This document shows, piece by piece, positions 62,565 to 64,000 of a DNA stretch of 64,000 nt. The position numbers and the translations under genes are program-made. Origin of the DNA: Chloroflexota bacterium (GTDB lineage: Bacteria > Chloroflexota > UBA11872 > JBHOQS01); contig JBHOQS010000014.1 in the NCBI GenBank assembly GCA_042408875.1, forward strand, positions 2,891 to 66,890. The letters run 5' to 3'. Position 1 is the stretch's first letter. The number at the start of each line of letters is the position of its first letter. The notes under the pieces are model-generated. The model saw only the letters and a program-made list of their open reading frames with translations, had not been told where the DNA came from and did no database searches.

Positions 62565-63497
62565 TCAGATGCCACGGATAAGGGCAACGAGCAGAGCCTT
62601 CTGGGCATGCAGACGATTCTCGGCCTGGTCGAAAATGATCGACTGCGGGCCGTCCATCACGTCGTCAGTGATCTCTTCACCGCGGTGTGCCGGCAGGCAA
62701 TGCATCACCACCGCGTCGGGCCTGGCGTATTGCAGCAGTCGGGCGTTCACCTGATACGGCGGGAACACCCGAATGCGCAGCTCCCGCTCGGCTTCCTGCC
62801 CCATGCTGACCCACGAGTCTGTGTAGACGACGTCCGCCCCGGTCACGGCCTCCCGCGGGTCGTGCATGAGTTCGATACACGCGCCGTTTCGTTCGGCTAG
62901 CCGCCGCGCCTGCTCGACCACACTGGGGAGCGGCTCGTACCCTTCCGGGCAGCCTACGCGCACATGCATGCCGGCCAGCGCGCCCCCCAGGAGGAGCGAA
63001 TGGCAGACGTTGTTGCCGTCACCCACGTAGGCAAGCGTGCGCCCGGCCAGCCCACCCTTGTGCTCACGAATGGTCAGCAGGTCGGACAGGATCTGGCACG
63101 GGTGGGAGTAGTCAGAAAGCCCGTTAATGACCGGCACGTGCGCGTACCGCGCCAGCTCCTCCAGCGTGCTGTGCGCGAACACCCGCGCCATGATCGCGTC
63201 AACCCAGCGCTCCAGGTTGCGCGCCACATCCGGCACACTTTCCCGTACGCCCATCTGGAGATGCTCGCGGGCGAGATCGATGGCGTGGCCGCCGAGCTGC
63301 GTCATCCCGGTCTCGAAGGTCGCACGGGTGCGCAACGACGGTTTCTCGAAGATCATCGCCAGAGTGCAACCTTCCAGCAACCGGTGCGGCTCTCGCCGCT
63401 TCTGGCGCGCTTTTAGGTCGGCAGCGAAGTCGAGCAGCGCCTGGAGCTCGTCCGCGCTGAGGTCAGCGAGGCTGAGAAAATCCCGCCCTTGAAGCAT
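62565..63497 (-). CDS. argF: Ornithine carbamoyltransferase
   Basis: FEKPSLRT, HPCQ, GDGNN, WVSMG, HCLPAHRGEE. Confidence 0.96.
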   Translation of the reverse strand: MLQGRDFLSLADLSADELQALLDFAADLKARQKRREPHRLLEGCTLAMIFEKPSLRTRATFETGMTQLGGHAIDLAREHLQMGVRESVPDVARNLERWVDAIMARVFAHSTLEELARYAHVPVINGLSDYSHPCQILSDLLTIREHKGGLAGRTLAYVGDGNNVCHSLLLGGALAGMHVRVGCPEGYEPLPSVVEQARRLAERNGACIELMHDPREAVTGADVVYTDSWVSMGQEAERELRIRVFPPYQVNARLLQYARPDAVVMHCLPAHRGEEITDDVMDGPQSIIFDQAENRLHAQKALLVALIRGI

Positions 63498-63650
63498 CGT
63501 TGTTTCTCTAGATCACTATGTTGAGATCACTATGTTGGTTCTGGCTCTCTAGCAGAAACTCTGGTCGTGTCACCAGCCGCGTCTCTGGGGGAGAAGCCAG
63601 GTACAGTATAACATGTGTCTGGAGATGTTGACCGATACTAAAGCCCTCAG

Positions 63651-64000
63651 TTAATAAATTCTCGCCAGCACGGTGCCGGGGTAGTAGAAGGCCAGGATCT
63701 GTTCATAGGTGGCGCCCGCTCGGGCGCGCTCTCGTGCACCGACCATGCACATGCCCACGCCGTGGCCGCGGAGCTCCCCGGCATTACAGTAAGGGTCGGG
63801 ACCGCCGGGCAGCCAGGGATAGCCATCTCCACCCCACACCTCGGCCCAGCTCCGCAGCCTGCCGTCCGAGACTGAGAAATACGGCGTGATGGCGACCGTG
63901 CCGTTATACGTCAGCACCTGGCCGCGGGTCTCCTGCACCGCCCGCGTCAGGTTCGGGCCAAGCGTCTCGCGGTACTGTCCGATATACCACTGGTTCGCCC
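63651..64000 (-). CDS. SpoIID/LytB-domain protein, C-terminal part (runs off the window)
   Basis: AVQETRGQVLTY, YFS, GHGVGMC, QILAFYYPG. Confidence 0.85.
   Translation of the reverse strand, partial: ANQWYIGQYRETLGPNLTRAVQETRGQVLTYNGTVAITPYFSVSDGRLRSWAEVWGGDGYPWLPGGPDPYCNAGELRGHGVGMCMVGARERARAGATYEQILAFYYPGTVLARIY

Overview
High-GC (roughly two-thirds G+C by eye) bacterial chromosome segment. It is most consistent with Chloroflexota, inferred from FPETGH-type repeat surface proteins, many Tat-exported solute-binding lipoproteins, cdaA/cdaR and the atp-murA-mreB order. 1-4.6 kb is a decayed defence/mobile hotspot: three type I hsdM pieces, an intact MntA/HepT toxin-antitoxin pair, an IS256 remnant and an SRPBCC gene packaged as an integron cassette with a well-formed attC site. 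4.6-13 kb holds queC, an L,D-transpeptidase and a MarR-heterodimeric ABC exporter. 13-26.8 kb is a pseudogene-rich stress module next to the 3' end of tRNA-Leu(TAG): two P-type ATPases (one with an amber stop), Hsp20, GYD, NarL-type and Crp regulators, and PAS, CBS, MFS and PfpI remnants. 27-44 kb is core: Maf, the full F1Fo atp operon, murA, mreB. 44-58 kb is a carbohydrate locus with a GH29 fucosidase, probable apiose dehydrogenase and apionate lactonase, an amidohydrolase pair and ABC sugar uptake. The end holds trxA, tRNA-Leu(TAA), cdaR/cdaA, argF and a partial SpoIID-like gene. Best leads: the attC cassette, a CdaA with two altered catalytic motifs (DGA to DLA, GTRHR to GARHR), a candidate structured RNA behind tRNA-Leu(TAA), and several palindromic operators positioned on promoters. 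All family calls are from motif recognition; no database searches were run.
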